A program made the translations under genes and the position numbers. This document shows positions 47,997 through 59,499 of a DNA stretch of 64,000 nt, piece after piece. The first letter of the stretch is position 1. The number at the start of each line of letters is the position of its first letter. The DNA comes from a bacterium (GTDB lineage: Bacteria; UBA8248; JACPRG01; G963555815). The stretch lies in the NCBI GenBank assembly GCA_965218795.1, contig OZ244653.1, positions 3,488,001-3,552,000 on the forward strand, in the 5' to 3' direction. The notes under the pieces are model-generated. The model made no database searches, was not told the origin of the DNA, and saw only the letters and a program-made list of their open reading frames with translations.

Positions 47997-49841
47997 ATGA
48001 AGGAAGCTGCACCCCCGATGTTATTCTACTTGCTGCCTTTTCTGTCGGCTTTTCTGTTGGCCCTGATTGTGACCCCCATCGTCCGGTGGACGTCGATCCG
48101 GAGGGGGTGGGTCGCTCAGCCCCGGCTGGACCGATGGCACCAGCGTCCCACAGCGCCCTTCGGGGGCATTGCCATCTTCTTGTCCGTCATGGGTTCGTTT
48201 CTTTACTTCGTTCCGATCGAAAACGACAAGAGCCTGCTCGGAATCCTGGTGGGCGGCAGCTTTATGTTCGTCGTGGGTCTGATTGACGACATTCGCAAGG
48301 CCCCGCCCCACGCGAAGCTGATGGCTCAACTTGTAGGCGCCTGCACGGCGGTCTACTCCGGAATCTATTTCGAGATCATCCCCAAGCCTATATCCATACC
48401 GCTCAGCATATTCTGGATTGTCGGGATTACGAACGCCTTCAACCTTATCGACAACATGGACGGGTTGTCGGCCGGTATCACTGTCATCTCCGCCGGGATG
48501 CTGTTCACCTACTCCGTGTTGAGCGGAGAGGTCTTCATCGCGCTGGTCTGTTTGGCCCTGGCGGGTGGCGCATTCGGATTCCTGGTCTACAATTTCAATC
48601 CCGCCCGAATCTTCATGGGCGACTCCGGAAGCATGTTTATCGGATATCTCATATCGATTCTTGCGATCATCGGTACGGCCAATCACGTGTCCAACCTCGC
48701 GGCCACACTGATCGTCCCGACGATGGTTCTCGGGATCCCTATTTTCGACACGGCGTTCGTCGCACTGCTGAGGCGCTTACGGGGACAGGACATCTCCCGG
48801 GGGGGGCGGGATCATACCTCCCACCGGTTGGTGACCCTCGGATTGAGCGAGCGAAAGACCGTCCTCCTGATTTACGCCGTCAGCACCATCTTCGGGCTGG
48901 GCACTTTTTTCTACGCCCGGGTCGATATCCCGCTGTTGATCATTCTGGCGGTTCTGATAGCCATCCTGATTGTCGTCATTGGAAAGTTCCTGAGCGAGGT
49001 CAAGTTGGATGCGGCCGGCGAGGCCCCGGATTCGCAGAATGGCGGGGGGGGGGCCTCGGGCGCTCGACCCAGACCGGTATTGATCAACGCCCTGGTGGTC
49101 TACAAGCGGCAGTTTCTCGAAGTCCTATTGGATTTTTGCCTGATTTGCATCTCTTATTACGTGGCCTTTCTACTCCGGTTCGAGGGCATCGCGCCCGACT
49201 GGTACATTGATCTGTTCTTCGAGTCGCTGCCGGTTTTGATCGCCATCAAGCTCGGCTGTTTCTTCTATTTCGGTCTTTACCGGAATGTTTGGCGCTACGT
49301 CAGCGTTGAAGACCTGGCCGCCATTGCCAAGGCGGTGACCCTGGGCTCCCTGATCAGCATCATCTTTTTCATTTATCTGAGCCGATTTCAGGGACACTCC
49401 CGCGCGGTGTTCATCATCGATTGGGGCCTGCTGCTGCTTCTGGTTGCGGGAATCCGGCTTTTATTCCGCGGGCTTCGGGAGTATTTCTCCCGAAGCTGGC
49501 CGGCCAGAAAGCGCGTCCTCATCATGGGCGCCGGCGACGCCGGCGAGATGCTCCTTCGGGAACTCCGCAACAATCCCCAGATGGATTATCAGCCGGTTGG
49601 TTTTTTGGATGACGATCCGGAAAAGCACGGCTTGGAGATCGGGAGCGTCCCCATCCTGGGGGCCCGCCAAGTGATGGTCCGGGAGGTCCGGCGCCTGCGA
49701 ATCGATGAGGTGCTGATCGCCATTCCTTCGGCCGGGCCCGATCTTTTGGACGACGTCCTCCGCTATTGCCGGGAGGCCAAAGTTCCCTTCCAGCGGCTCG
49801 CCGGAATCCTGGAGCCAATGGGTCTGGCGCAGAACCCGTGA
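47997..49841 (+). CDS. WecA/TagO-like polyprenyl-phosphate sugar-1-P transferase fused to a CapD/PglF-N-like membrane + Rossmann region
   Basis: GLIDD, NAFNLIDNMDG, FMGDSGS and DHTSHRL, then GLYRNVWRYVS, IMGAGDAG and GFLDDD. Confidence 0.85.
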   Translation: MKEAAPPMLFYLLPFLSAFLLALIVTPIVRWTSIRRGWVAQPRLDRWHQRPTAPFGGIAIFLSVMGSFLYFVPIENDKSLLGILVGGSFMFVVGLIDDIRKAPPHAKLMAQLVGACTAVYSGIYFEIIPKPISIPLSIFWIVGITNAFNLIDNMDGLSAGITVISAGMLFTYSVLSGEVFIALVCLALAGGAFGFLVYNFNPARIFMGDSGSMFIGYLISILAIIGTANHVSNLAATLIVPTMVLGIPIFDTAFVALLRRLRGQDISRGGRDHTSHRLVTLGLSERKTVLLIYAVSTIFGLGTFFYARVDIPLLIILAVLIAILIVVIGKFLSEVKLDAAGEAPDSQNGGGGASGARPRPVLINALVVYKRQFLEVLLDFCLICISYYVAFLLRFEGIAPDWYIDLFFESLPVLIAIKLGCFFYFGLYRNVWRYVSVEDLAAIAKAVTLGSLISIIFFIYLSRFQGHSRAVFIIDWGLLLLLVAGIRLLFRGLREYFSRSWPARKRVLIMGAGDAGEMLLRELRNNPQMDYQPVGFLDDDPEKHGLEIGSVPILGARQVMVREVRRLRIDEVLIAIPSAGPDLLDDVLRYCREAKVPFQRLAGILEPMGLAQNP

Positions 49842-51391
49842 TGACGGCCTTTTCCCTGAATCATCAATCCCTCCGTTCCCTGGATTGGCATCTGGCCCGG
49901 GGGCCTCTCATTGTCACTGTCGGGATGGCGCTTGCCGTCGCCCTGTGGTCGCATCGTTTGTTCGATCTTCCCCTGGAGTTGTCCTTTCTGTTTACCCTGC
50001 CCGTCGTATTGTGTTTCGGGTTTATCCTCTGGCGCCCCGACATTGCGCTTCCGCTGGCGCTGTTCGCGCTGCCTCTGGTGAACATCCATTTTGAGCTGGG
50101 ACTGGCGGACAAAACCCTGTCTTTCGATAAATTGATGCTGTTCGCGCTGACGGCAGGCTGGATTCTGAGGAAACTTTTTCTCCGGCAATGGCTCCTTCCC
50201 CGCGACCCGATTCTGTCCCTGTGGTGGATCTGGCTGGCCGTCCAGTGCATGACGGTCCTTATGACCCGGAGCCACATTGGAAACCAGCTTTGGTATCTGG
50301 CCGAGCAACTTTCCTATGCAATCTTCTTTATTATCTGTCTCGACGTGTTCAGGGACCGAAGCGCCATGCATTCGGCCCTTCAAGCGATTGTGGCGTCCGG
50401 GTGGGCCGTCGCACTGTTGGGGGTGGCGCAGCGGGCGATTCAAATCCCGTTTGGCAAGGACCTTTTTCACCTGACCTATCCCTCGATCGGAAAGTGGGAG
50501 ACTGAATTCGGATCGACCATCGGGCATCCTAATTTTTATTCGGCCTTTCAAATTCTTTCCATTCCCCTCACGTTCTGGGCTCTGCGCGAGTCCCGCGGCA
50601 TATGGCGGGGATTTTTCCTGTGCATGCTGGTAGTGCAATGTGGTTCGGTCTTTGTGGCCAAGAGCATCGGAGGAGTGGTCGGGCTGGCAGTGGCGGCCGT
50701 CGTGGGATGCTGGTGTACGGGACGGCGATCCTGGTGGGTTCTGGGTCCCGTGTTCGCGGCTGTCGGGGTCGTCGTCGTCCTGTGGGTCGTGCAGGCGAGA
50801 GATCCGGTCGGTCTGGACCGTTCGATTCTGACCCGGACTCACATTCTGAGGATATCGCGGCATATCTTCTTGGAACGGCCCTTCTTCGGACACGGCCTGG
50901 GTTCTTTCACCCGGATCTTTCCGAATTACGAGCTGGTGTACGGCCGTGAGCGCCTGGTCGGAGAACTTGGCAAATGGCGGGATTTTCCGAGAAGCGTTTC
51001 ATCACACAACTGGTTCCTGCGGCTGATCATCGAGGGCGGAATTGCGAGCCTCCTGACGTTCCTCGGCATCATCGGCTGGGTGCTGGCCGCCCGTTGGTAT
51101 TCCCTGCGCTTACTACCTTTGGCCTCTCCCCCGGCGGATGAAGGCCTCCCCCCTTCGACTGGAGAAGGGCTGAAGACGCAGGCTGTTTACACCCCGTATT
51201 ACAAGCGCTCCCTCCATCTCGCCCTGGCAACGGTTTTGGTGGGATTCACCGTCCAGGCGTTTACCGACGAGTTGTTTGCCTATTCCAAAATCGCTTTGAT
51301 CTTCTGGGCTTTGACGGCGGTGGGCGTGACCTTGGACATCAAATCACGCGAGCCGGACGGACATTGGATCCATCCGGCGGAAGACGATTGA
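49838..51391 (+). CDS. O-antigen ligase / Wzy_C-family membrane protein
   Basis: Many TM segments, STIGHPN, PFFGHGLGSF and SHNWFLRLIIEGG. Confidence 0.85.
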   Translation: MMTAFSLNHQSLRSLDWHLARGPLIVTVGMALAVALWSHRLFDLPLELSFLFTLPVVLCFGFILWRPDIALPLALFALPLVNIHFELGLADKTLSFDKLMLFALTAGWILRKLFLRQWLLPRDPILSLWWIWLAVQCMTVLMTRSHIGNQLWYLAEQLSYAIFFIICLDVFRDRSAMHSALQAIVASGWAVALLGVAQRAIQIPFGKDLFHLTYPSIGKWETEFGSTIGHPNFYSAFQILSIPLTFWALRESRGIWRGFFLCMLVVQCGSVFVAKSIGGVVGLAVAAVVGCWCTGRRSWWVLGPVFAAVGVVVVLWVVQARDPVGLDRSILTRTHILRISRHIFLERPFFGHGLGSFTRIFPNYELVYGRERLVGELGKWRDFPRSVSSHNWFLRLIIEGGIASLLTFLGIIGWVLAARWYSLRLLPLASPPADEGLPPSTGEGLKTQAVYTPYYKRSLHLALATVLVGFTVQAFTDELFAYSKIALIFWALTAVGVTLDIKSREPDGHWIHPAEDD

Positions 51392-51410
51392 ATCCGCCCT
51401 TGGGCCGCAG

Positions 51411-52145
51411 ATGACCTCCTTATCCTCTCCGACCCCTGCGCGCACGGCCCGTACCCTCGTTGTGGTCCCCACCTATAACGAGGTGGAAAATATCGGTCCC
51501 CTGATTGATAGGGTCCTTTCCCTCCCTCATCCGCTCGAGATACTTGTGGTCGATGACGCGTCGCCAGATGGAACCGCCTGGCGGGTCGAGCAAAAAGCCG
51601 AGAACGACGGGCGGATTCACCTGCTCCGGCGGCCGGGGAAAATGGGACTGGGCTCGGCCTACCTGGACGGTTTCCGATGGGCCCTGCAGCGGGACTATAT
51701 GCGCGTCATTGAGATGGACGCGGATTTCTCCCACGATCCCGGCAGACTGGTCGATCTTCTGCAGGCTTCGGAGGAGGCGGACCTCGTCCTTGGTTCTCGA
51801 TACGTAGACGGCGGGGGCACCGTGGGCTGGAGCCGGTTTCGAAAGTTCATCAGCCGCATGGGCTCCTTGTACGCCCGCACTATCCTCCGCGTTCCGATCC
51901 GGGATCTGACCAGCGGTTACAAGTGCTTCCACCGGAGGGTTCTCGAAGCGATTCCACTGGATGAAGTGGTCTGTGGGGGATACGCATTTCAGATTGAGAT
52001 GACGTACCGAGCCCTGCGCAAACAATTTCGAGTCGTGGAAGTCCCCATCCAGTTTACGGAGCGTCGCGTGGGCAAGTCCAAGATGTCCTGGAGGATCCTC
52101 CTGGAGGCCGTCCTCAATGTCTGGTGGATGCGGTTTCGCCTTTGA
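51411..52145 (+). CDS. Polyprenol-monophosphomannose synthase-like GT2
   Basis: VPTYNE, VDDASPDGT, GLGSAY, EMDADFSH, DLTSGYK and FTERRVGKSKMS. Confidence 0.92.
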   Translation: MTSLSSPTPARTARTLVVVPTYNEVENIGPLIDRVLSLPHPLEILVVDDASPDGTAWRVEQKAENDGRIHLLRRPGKMGLGSAYLDGFRWALQRDYMRVIEMDADFSHDPGRLVDLLQASEEADLVLGSRYVDGGGTVGWSRFRKFISRMGSLYARTILRVPIRDLTSGYKCFHRRVLEAIPLDEVVCGGYAFQIEMTYRALRKQFRVVEVPIQFTERRVGKSKMSWRILLEAVLNVWWMRFRL

Positions 52146-52173
52146 AGTTCATATCCCCTCAAGGCCCGGAAAA

Positions 52174-53300
52174 ATGGAATTAAGAACGGAAGTCAAACGG
52201 TGGCTGGCCAGGATTCAGGCCCCTTGGGTGGTGGGGCCGGGACGTTCGGCTGATCAAACGCAATATCCCCGGGCACTGAAATTCGAGGCGTCTCCGAAGA
52301 TTCTGGTTATTGTGTATCCTCCCGGGTTGGGGGATACGCTGATGGTGACTCCCTTCCTCGGTTCGTTGGCGGCCAATTTCGATCGGCCGAAGATTTGGGT
52401 GCTCGCGGGCGGGGCGGCCTCCGATCTGCTGGCGCGCCACCCTGCGGTCGAAGGCGTCATTCGCTACGAGGATGACTGGATTTCCAAGGACGACAAGCGC
52501 GGCCCGAAAAGGACCTCGGCCGAGCGGCGCGCGCTTCGTGACCGGCTGCGGGGGGAGGCATTCGACGCGGTCTTCGATTTGCTGGGGAATTTTCCATCCG
52601 CCCGTCTCGCGGCATCTCTTCGGTCTCCCATCCGGGTCGGGTATTCCAGCGGGTTCGAGGCGTTCTTGACTCATCCCGTTCCGGACCGCCGATTCCGTGA
52701 AGCCTCCCTGTCCATGGCCGAGTATCACCTGGATCTGCTGCGCCGGGTGGGACTCGAAGCAGGTCACCCGCGGCCGTACGTAGCCATTGGGGAAGAGGGG
52801 CACTTTGCCGACCGGTGCGTCCGCGAATTCGGAGCCGAGGGAGTATGGATCGGGTTGATTCCCGCGTCGGCCGACCCTCGAAAATCATGGGATCCGGAAC
52901 TGTTTGCCCGGGCCGCCGACGGAATCGTGCAATTGGCCGACGGGCGGGGGATCCTGTTAGGGGCGGAAACCGAACGGGAGACGCTCGAAGCGGTCGAAGG
53001 GTCGATGCGTACGGCTCCGGTCAACCTCTGCGGGAGAGCGACCATATTCGAGGCCGCCGCTCTTCTTCGCAGGTGCAGGCTTATGCTGTCGGTCGACACC
53101 GGATTGATGCATCTGGGAGCATCGGTCGGGGTGAAAATCGTGGCTCTCATGCTGAAGGAGAGCCTGCTCTGGCGCCCCTGGGGGGAAGGCCACAGAATCC
53201 TGACGGGCCTCGCGCGGGTCCTGCCTCTCCCGGCGCGCTCCGGGTGGAGGACGTCATCCGGGCCGCAGAGGGGATTCTGTCCGACGAGAGGGGGACGTGA
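52174..53300 (+). CDS. GT9 heptosyltransferase-like protein, frameshift near 53210-53225
   Basis: GLGDTLM, RKSW, NLCG and DTGLMH; the tail LRVEDVIRAA is in ORF 52815..53300. Confidence 0.8.
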
Positions 53301-54443
53301 GCCGCTACCGGGTCGTGCTCGTTTCTCACGCCTATGTGACGCCCTTCAACCGGGAAAAGGCGAGAGCGCTTGCGGCGTCGGGGGAGGCGGAGGTTACCCT
53401 GCTGGTCCCCGGCCGGTGGGATGGACCGGTTCCCGGTCCGGAACGGGATGAGCCCTACCGGCTGGTCAGGCTTCCCGTGAGTTTTCCGGGGCGGGGTGGA
53501 GGCCATTTTTACCGGAGCGGCCTGTCGGGCCTGCTGGAAGAGTTCCGGCCCCACATCGTTCATGTCGAAGAAGAGCCGTGGGCCGTCTCTGCGTTTCAGT
53601 TGTCCCGGATGAAACGAGATGGTTGTTTCCGGCTGATTCTTTTTTCATGGGATTCGGGGCTGGATGGAAGCGGCGACGCTGCGGCGGGTTGATCTCGGTA
53701 TCGGCGGAAACGAAGCCGCGGCGCGGGAGCTGAGCCGGAAAGGCGTGGCGAACGTTTGCGTGCTGCCTCAGCTGGGAGTCGACCCGGGAAGGTTTCGGCT
53801 CGAAGAGAAGCCGGTGGACCGGACGTTGACGATCGGCTATGCGGGACGGTTGGTTCCGGAAAAGGGGGTGGATTTTCTGATACACGCGGTGGCGGCGCTC
53901 GAAGGGGAATGGCGGCTGAGGGTTTTGGGAAAGGGGCCGGAGGAAGGGGCCCTGCGCGCTCTGGCCGAAAAATTGGCAGTTTCGGATCGGATCGAATTCC
54001 TGCCGGAGGTTCCGCACGCGGAGGTGGCCGAATACATGCGAAGCCTTGGGGTTCTCGTTTTGCCATCGCGCACGACGGAAAGCTGGGCCGAGCAGTTCGG
54101 CCACGTCCTGATTGAGGCGATGTCTTCAGCGGTGCCCGTCGTTGCATCGACGAGCGGGTCGATTCCGGAGGTGATCGGCGATGCGGGTCTGCTATTCCCC
54201 GAGGGTGATGCCGAATCCCTCCGGACCTCCTTGGAACGCGTCCGGGAGGAACCAGGCTTGGCGGAGAGGCTGGGACAAACGGGCCGCCGGCGCGTCCTTG
54301 AGCGGTATACCTGGGAGCGAATTGCGGATGAAACCCTCCGGCACTACCGTGAATTGTTGGAAGGAGAAATCCCTCCAGCCGCCGGTATCGGAGAAGAAGG
54401 GCGGGTTCCGGAGCCGGGATCCGCAGAGGTGAGAGAACGGTGA
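53297..54443 (+). CDS. GT4 glycosyltransferase, frameshift or deletion near 53650
   Basis: N-half 53297..53692 (HIVHVEEEPW) and C-half 53664..54443 (GRLVPEKG, EQFGHVLIEAM). Confidence 0.8.
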
Positions 54444-55918
54444 AGACCGGATCCCGAATCTTTCGAAACTCCGCCGCTTTGCTGAGCGGCCAGATGGCCG
54501 AGCGTATTCTCAAGCTCATCGTGATGGCCGTCCTGGCCCGATTTCTCGGAAAATCGGAGTTTGGCCTCTATATCTTCGTCCTTACGTATGTGGACTTTTT
54601 TCACCTTCTCACCGACCTCGGCATCCAGACCATTCTCGTCCGCGAGATGGCCCGCGACCCCGACCGCGCCGAAGACCTCATGGGGAACGCCCTCACCCTG
54701 AAACTCATCTCCGCGGGAGTATCGGTGCTGTTGGCCGTCGTCGTCATCCTCCTGTCCGGGTACCCCCTTTCGCTTGCGGGGCTCGTGGCGTGGGCGTCGC
54801 TGGGTCTGTTTTTGTCGTTCCGTTTGAGCTCTGTCCGCCAGGTTCTCGACTCGGTTTTTCAGGTCCGTTTGGAAATGCGCGTCCCTGTGGTGCTGGGCGT
54901 CGGGAGCGAGGCGCTTTCGGCCATCGGGCTGTTGGCTGCGGTATGGGCCAATCTGGGGCTGGCCTGGCTGTTGGCGGTTCAAAATCTGGCTTACCTGCCG
55001 GGCGCCGTCGGGCTGGTTTGGCTCACGCGGGGACGAGTTCCGTTGAAGCCCAGGTGGTCAAAAGGGGCCGCCCTTGGCCTTCTCAAGGAGTCCTACCCCT
55101 TGGGGCTGGCCAGTCTGTTCACGTTGGCCTATGTGAAGGTCGACATCCTGATGCTGGCCGTGATGAAAGGGGATGACGCTGTCGGTATCTATGCGGCGGC
55201 GTACCGATTAGTCGGGTCGCTGACCATTTTGCCCGCGGCCATTCTCGGTTCGCTGTTCCCGCTGATCTCCCAATACGCCCGAACGGCGCCGGAGATCCTC
55301 CCTACCATGTTCCAGCGGAGCCTGAACATCATCATGATGCTGGCGTTTCCGATTGCCGTCGGAGGGACGGTGCTTGCACGTGAAATAATGGTCGCGGTTT
55401 ACGGCGAGCGCTTCGTGGAGTCTGCCTTGGTGTTTCGCGTCCTGAGCTGGGCCGTTGCCGTCAGCTTCATCAGCTATTTCCTGACCTCCGCTTTGAACGC
55501 GATGGACCGTCAGCGGACTTACCTCGGCCTGACAGCCGGAATGGCGCTGCTGAACCTGGGGCTCAATGTTTTCTGGATCCCCCGCTATGGATTCATGGGG
55601 GCATCGGTGGCCACCCTGATCACCGAGTGTACCTTGATGCTCATCTGTCTGCGGCTTATGGGAGCCTACCTGAAAGAGTTGGCTCTGCTTCCCTTCTTCA
55701 AGTTCGCGCTGTCGGCTGGCGTGATGGGCGTGGTCGTGAAGGTCTTCTCCCGCGGAGTTCTTCTTCTGGATATTCCCCTGGCGGTTGTCGTGTATGCGGT
55801 GTGTCTGGCGCTCCTTCGGGCGGTCAGCCGGGAGGAGTGGGAGGGCTTCCTGGCCGCAGTGGGTATCCGATCCGGCAACAGCGCGGGGGTTGAATCCGCC
55901 CGCGTCCCGGGGGGCTGA
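54440..55918 (+). CDS. Wzx/MOP-family flippase
   Basis: LARFLG...FG, DLGI, VGIYAAAYR and IPRYGFMGASVAT; about 12-14 TM segments. Confidence 0.9.
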   Translation: MKTGSRIFRNSAALLSGQMAERILKLIVMAVLARFLGKSEFGLYIFVLTYVDFFHLLTDLGIQTILVREMARDPDRAEDLMGNALTLKLISAGVSVLLAVVVILLSGYPLSLAGLVAWASLGLFLSFRLSSVRQVLDSVFQVRLEMRVPVVLGVGSEALSAIGLLAAVWANLGLAWLLAVQNLAYLPGAVGLVWLTRGRVPLKPRWSKGAALGLLKESYPLGLASLFTLAYVKVDILMLAVMKGDDAVGIYAAAYRLVGSLTILPAAILGSLFPLISQYARTAPEILPTMFQRSLNIIMMLAFPIAVGGTVLAREIMVAVYGERFVESALVFRVLSWAVAVSFISYFLTSALNAMDRQRTYLGLTAGMALLNLGLNVFWIPRYGFMGASVATLITECTLMLICLRLMGAYLKELALLPFFKFALSAGVMGVVVKVFSRGVLLLDIPLAVVVYAVCLALLRAVSREEWEGFLAAVGIRSGNSAGVESARVPGG

Positions 55919-55919
55919 T

Positions 55920-57143
55920 ATGGCATCTTCTCTCCGCCCCTACCCTTATCACTCCGCAGCGCGGCGCGCCTTGGCCCGTGCGGTCGATGGGCTGGGGAAC
56001 GCGTGTTTCGGCGATAAGCGCCGCCAAGCGCATGGCCCAAAGGGGCCGCCGGATCCCGGCCGGGTCCGTGAGGTTCTCGTCGTCCGCCTGGACCATTTGG
56101 GAGACGTGGTTTTTGCGACGGCGGCGCTCGGACCCCTGCGGTCGCTGTACCCGGAGGCCCGGGTGACCGCCCTCGTCGGCCCGTGGTCCGCGCCGCTGCT
56201 TCTTCATCACCCTGAAATCGATGAGGTTGTGGTGTTCCGGAATCCGTGGTTTGACCGCACGGGCCGGGCCACGGAAAGGGACGTCATCGACGTGTTGCAA
56301 TGGATACGCGGCCGTCGTTTCGACGTTGGACTCGACCTGCGGGGCGACCCCCGGATCATCGGTCTTCTGGCCCTCGGCGGGGTCGGTTACCGTATCGGCT
56401 ATGGGTGGGGCGGCGGTGGATTTCTGTTGTCCCAGGAACTGGATCACCCCCCGGGGGTCCATCAGGTGGAACGGAACGTAGCTCCTGTCCAGGCTCTGGG
56501 GTGGCAGCGGACGCCCGGATTTTGCCCGATGCCTCTTCTTCGGATTTCCGGACTGGAAAAGGAAGTCGTGAATCGAAAGCTGGCCTCGGGCGGATGGAAC
56601 GGGGACGGAGCCTCCGGGCCGGAGGCGATTCCCCGCATTCAAGGGACGGAGAAGGTCGCTGTGCTTCATCCCGGCGCGGGGCACCCCGCAAGGCGGTGGA
56701 GAACGGATCGCTACGGCGCTCTCGCCAAGTGGCTTGCCGGGACGGGCGGCTACCGAATCGTCCTGATCGGTTCCGGAGAGGAGGCGCCGCTGGCAGCCGA
56801 GGTGAGCCGCGCGGCGGGGGACCTCGACGCCCTCGACCTTTGCGGGAAGAACTCGATTCGAGAGTTGATGGCGGTGTTGGGCCGGGCGGACCTGATGATC
56901 GGCAACGATTCGGGACCCGTTCACATGGCGGCCGCGCTGGGGAGCCGAACGGTGGCTCTGTTCAGCGGCACCAACGATGTGGCCGAATGGGCTCCCGTGG
57001 GAACGCAGACCCGCGTTGTCCGAAACGAGGTTTCTTGCAGCCCGTGTTCCCTCAAGGTGTGTGTCGATTACAACCACGTATGTATGGAGGACCTCACATT
57101 GGAGGCGGTTCAACAGGCGGTGCGGTCTTGCGAATCATCATAG
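55920..57143 (+). CDS. GT9 heptosyltransferase-like protein
   Basis: RLDHLGDVV, LHPGA...RRW, NDSGPVHMAAA and CSPC...C...CM. Confidence 0.9.
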   Translation: MASSLRPYPYHSAARRALARAVDGLGNACFGDKRRQAHGPKGPPDPGRVREVLVVRLDHLGDVVFATAALGPLRSLYPEARVTALVGPWSAPLLLHHPEIDEVVVFRNPWFDRTGRATERDVIDVLQWIRGRRFDVGLDLRGDPRIIGLLALGGVGYRIGYGWGGGGFLLSQELDHPPGVHQVERNVAPVQALGWQRTPGFCPMPLLRISGLEKEVVNRKLASGGWNGDGASGPEAIPRIQGTEKVAVLHPGAGHPARRWRTDRYGALAKWLAGTGGYRIVLIGSGEEAPLAAEVSRAAGDLDALDLCGKNSIRELMAVLGRADLMIGNDSGPVHMAAALGSRTVALFSGTNDVAEWAPVGTQTRVVRNEVSCSPCSLKVCVDYNHVCMEDLTLEAVQQAVRSCESS

Positions 57144-58285
57144 ACAGCCGGATGTGGAAATGGACCGGGATCGGGACTTACATCCGCGTGCTCCTGGAAG
57201 GGTTGGCGGAGATCCGGCCCGATCACGAGATCCGGTGTCTGATTCGGCAGGAAGATCGGGAGGAGATAACGCGCGCGGGGATTGAAGGAGATGGCATCCG
57301 GTTCCTCGAGTGTCCCGCCAAAGTGTACTCGCTCCGGGAGATGCGCGGGTTGGCCAGGTTCCTCCGGGGGATCGATTTCGATCTGGTTCATTTCCCACAT
57401 TATATCTATCCCTTCCGGGAAAACGGCCTGCGGGCCGTCGTCACCATTCACGATCTCATTCATCTTCGGTTTCCGAAATACCACAAGACTCCCCTCCATT
57501 ACGCATTCGCTCGCTTCGTTATGTCGAGAAGCGCACGCGCGGCGCAATCGGTCATCACGGTCTCGAACTATTCCAAGCAGGACATCGTTGAGCGTTTGGG
57601 CGTGGCTCCCGAAAAAATCCGGGTGATTTACAACGGTCTTCGAAAGGGTTTTACCGCCGAGGCGGACCCCTCCAAAAGATCCGCGGCCGAAAGAACCCGC
57701 GAGAGGCTGAATCTTGTGGATCCCTATGTTCTCTACGTCGGAAACGCCAAGGAGCACAAGAACCTGGAAGGGTTATTCCAGGCGTTCGGTCGGATGTTGA
57801 AACGGTGGGACCGGAAGCAGGCGGGGATCGACCGACCGACGCTGGCGGTCACGGTCACCCGGGAGGAGCTGCGCGGGAGCGCGGCGGCGGAGATTCCCGA
57901 ATCGATCCGGTTCCTCGGGAGGATCGAAGGCGGCATACTGGCCGATCTGTACCGCGCCGCCGCGGTGCTGGCCCTTCCTTCCTACTGTGAAGGGTTCGGC
58001 CTTCCGCCCCTGGAGGCCATGGCCTGCGGAGCGCCGGTGGTCTGTTCCAATGCCGCATCGCTTCCGGAAGTGGTCGGTGACGCGGCACTCCAGGTTCCCC
58101 CGGACGACCTTGACCGTCTATCGTCGGCTCTCTATGATTTGCTCACGATGGAGGACGTGAGGATTCGGCTGCGAAACGAAGGACTGAAACGGGCGCAGTT
58201 GTTTACGGCTCGCGCGATGTCCGAGGCCACCCTGAAGGTTTACGAGGAAGCCGCTCCCGCCGGATCGGCTTCAGCGGGTGCGTAA
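57128..58285 (+). CDS. GT4 glycosyltransferase
   Basis: TTG start MRIIIDSR...[17 protein letters not shown] and [14 protein letters not shown]. Confidence 0.9.
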   Translation: MRIIIDSRMWKWTGIGTYIRVLLEGLAEIRPDHEIRCLIRQEDREEITRAGIEGDGIRFLECPAKVYSLREMRGLARFLRGIDFDLVHFPHYIYPFRENGLRAVVTIHDLIHLRFPKYHKTPLHYAFARFVMSRSARAAQSVITVSNYSKQDIVERLGVAPEKIRVIYNGLRKGFTAEADPSKRSAAERTRERLNLVDPYVLYVGNAKEHKNLEGLFQAFGRMLKRWDRKQAGIDRPTLAVTVTREELRGSAAAEIPESIRFLGRIEGGILADLYRAAAVLALPSYCEGFGLPPLEAMACGAPVVCSNAASLPEVVGDAALQVPPDDLDRLSSALYDLLTMEDVRIRLRNEGLKRAQLFTARAMSEATLKVYEEAAPAGSASAGA

Positions 58286-58289
58286 GCTG

Positions 58290-59456
58290 ATGAAAGTCGC
58301 CATCGTTCATGACTGGCTGACGGGGATGCGCGGGGGTGAATTCACCCTTGAGGTGTTCTGCAATCTGTTCCCCCAGGCCGAGCTGTTCACGCTGGTGCAT
58401 TGGAAGGGATCGCTCTCCGAGGTACTGGAGGCCATGCCTATTCATGTGTCCTTCCTGCACCGGATACCGGGCGCCAGGCGCCGCTATCGCCGGTTTCTGC
58501 CGCTGATGCCGGCAGCCGTCGAGCGGTTCGATCTGTCGAGCTATGACTTGGTCCTGAGCTCGAGCCACTGTGCGGCAAAGGGCGTCCTCACGCGGCCGGA
58601 TACCCTCCACGTCTGTTATTGCTATACCCCGATGCGTTATGCCTGGGAGAGCCATCACCGGTATTTCCCCGATGAGCGGCTGGGTTTTTTCGAAAGGTGG
58701 CTGCTCCCGGCCGCCTTCACGTACCTTCGGATGTGGGATGTCACGTCGTCCCACCGGGTGGACCGCTTCATCGCCATATCCGAAGCGGTCCGAGCGCGGA
58801 TTCGCAAGTACTACGGGCGCGAATCCGATGTCATCCACTGCCCCGTGGACACGGGCCGTTTTCAGGCCTCTGCGGGAGGGGATTACTATCTGGTCGTCTC
58901 GGCCTTCGCCCCGTACAAGCGGATCGATCTGGCGATCGAGGCGGCGGGCCGTCTGGACCGCCCTCTGAAGATCGTTGGAGCGGGGCAGGATGAGCGGCAC
59001 CTGAAGGACTTGGCCGCTTCCTCGGGCGGGTCGGGTGTGGAGTTTCTGGGGTGGAAGACCGGGCGGGAGCTGGTGGAGTTGTATGAGGGATGCCGGGCCT
59101 TCCTCTTCCCGGGGGAAGAGGACTTCGGGATCGCGCCCGTGGAGGCCATGGCGGCCGGTCGTCCGGTGATTGCGTTGGCCGGCGGGGGGGCGCTGGAAAC
59201 GGTCATCGGTCCCGACGATCCGGAGGGCCGCAAGCCCACCGGCGTGTTCTTTCCGGAAGAGTCGTCGGATCACCTGGCCGAGGCCATCCGGACGTTTGAA
59301 ACGATGGAAGATATTTTTCATCCCGCCGATATTCGCGCTCATGCCCTTCAGTTCGATACGTCGATATTCCGGACGGCCATTGAAGAGTACCTCCGCAACG
59401 CCTTGACCGAATTCGGGGCGGAAGAGGTCATGCAGCCGAGTCCCGCAGGAGGCTGA
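58290..59456 (+). CDS. GT4 glycosyltransferase
   Basis: VAIVHDWLTGMRGGE, YTPMRYAW, PYKRID and EEDFGIAPVEAMAAG. Confidence 0.92.
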   Translation: MKVAIVHDWLTGMRGGEFTLEVFCNLFPQAELFTLVHWKGSLSEVLEAMPIHVSFLHRIPGARRRYRRFLPLMPAAVERFDLSSYDLVLSSSHCAAKGVLTRPDTLHVCYCYTPMRYAWESHHRYFPDERLGFFERWLLPAAFTYLRMWDVTSSHRVDRFIAISEAVRARIRKYYGRESDVIHCPVDTGRFQASAGGDYYLVVSAFAPYKRIDLAIEAAGRLDRPLKIVGAGQDERHLKDLAASSGGSGVEFLGWKTGRELVELYEGCRAFLFPGEEDFGIAPVEAMAAGRPVIALAGGGALETVIGPDDPEGRKPTGVFFPEESSDHLAEAIRTFETMEDIFHPADIRAHALQFDTSIFRTAIEEYLRNALTEFGAEEVMQPSPAGG

Positions 59457-59499
59457 TCGAACTCCGGCCGTTGATGAACATGGGACGGACGCTTATCTC

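Noticed and set aside
56300-57127. Long N-terminal extension on the GT4 gene (661-aa ORF)
   Set aside because: It overlaps the GT9 gene in another frame; the GT4 sequence begins at TTG 57128.
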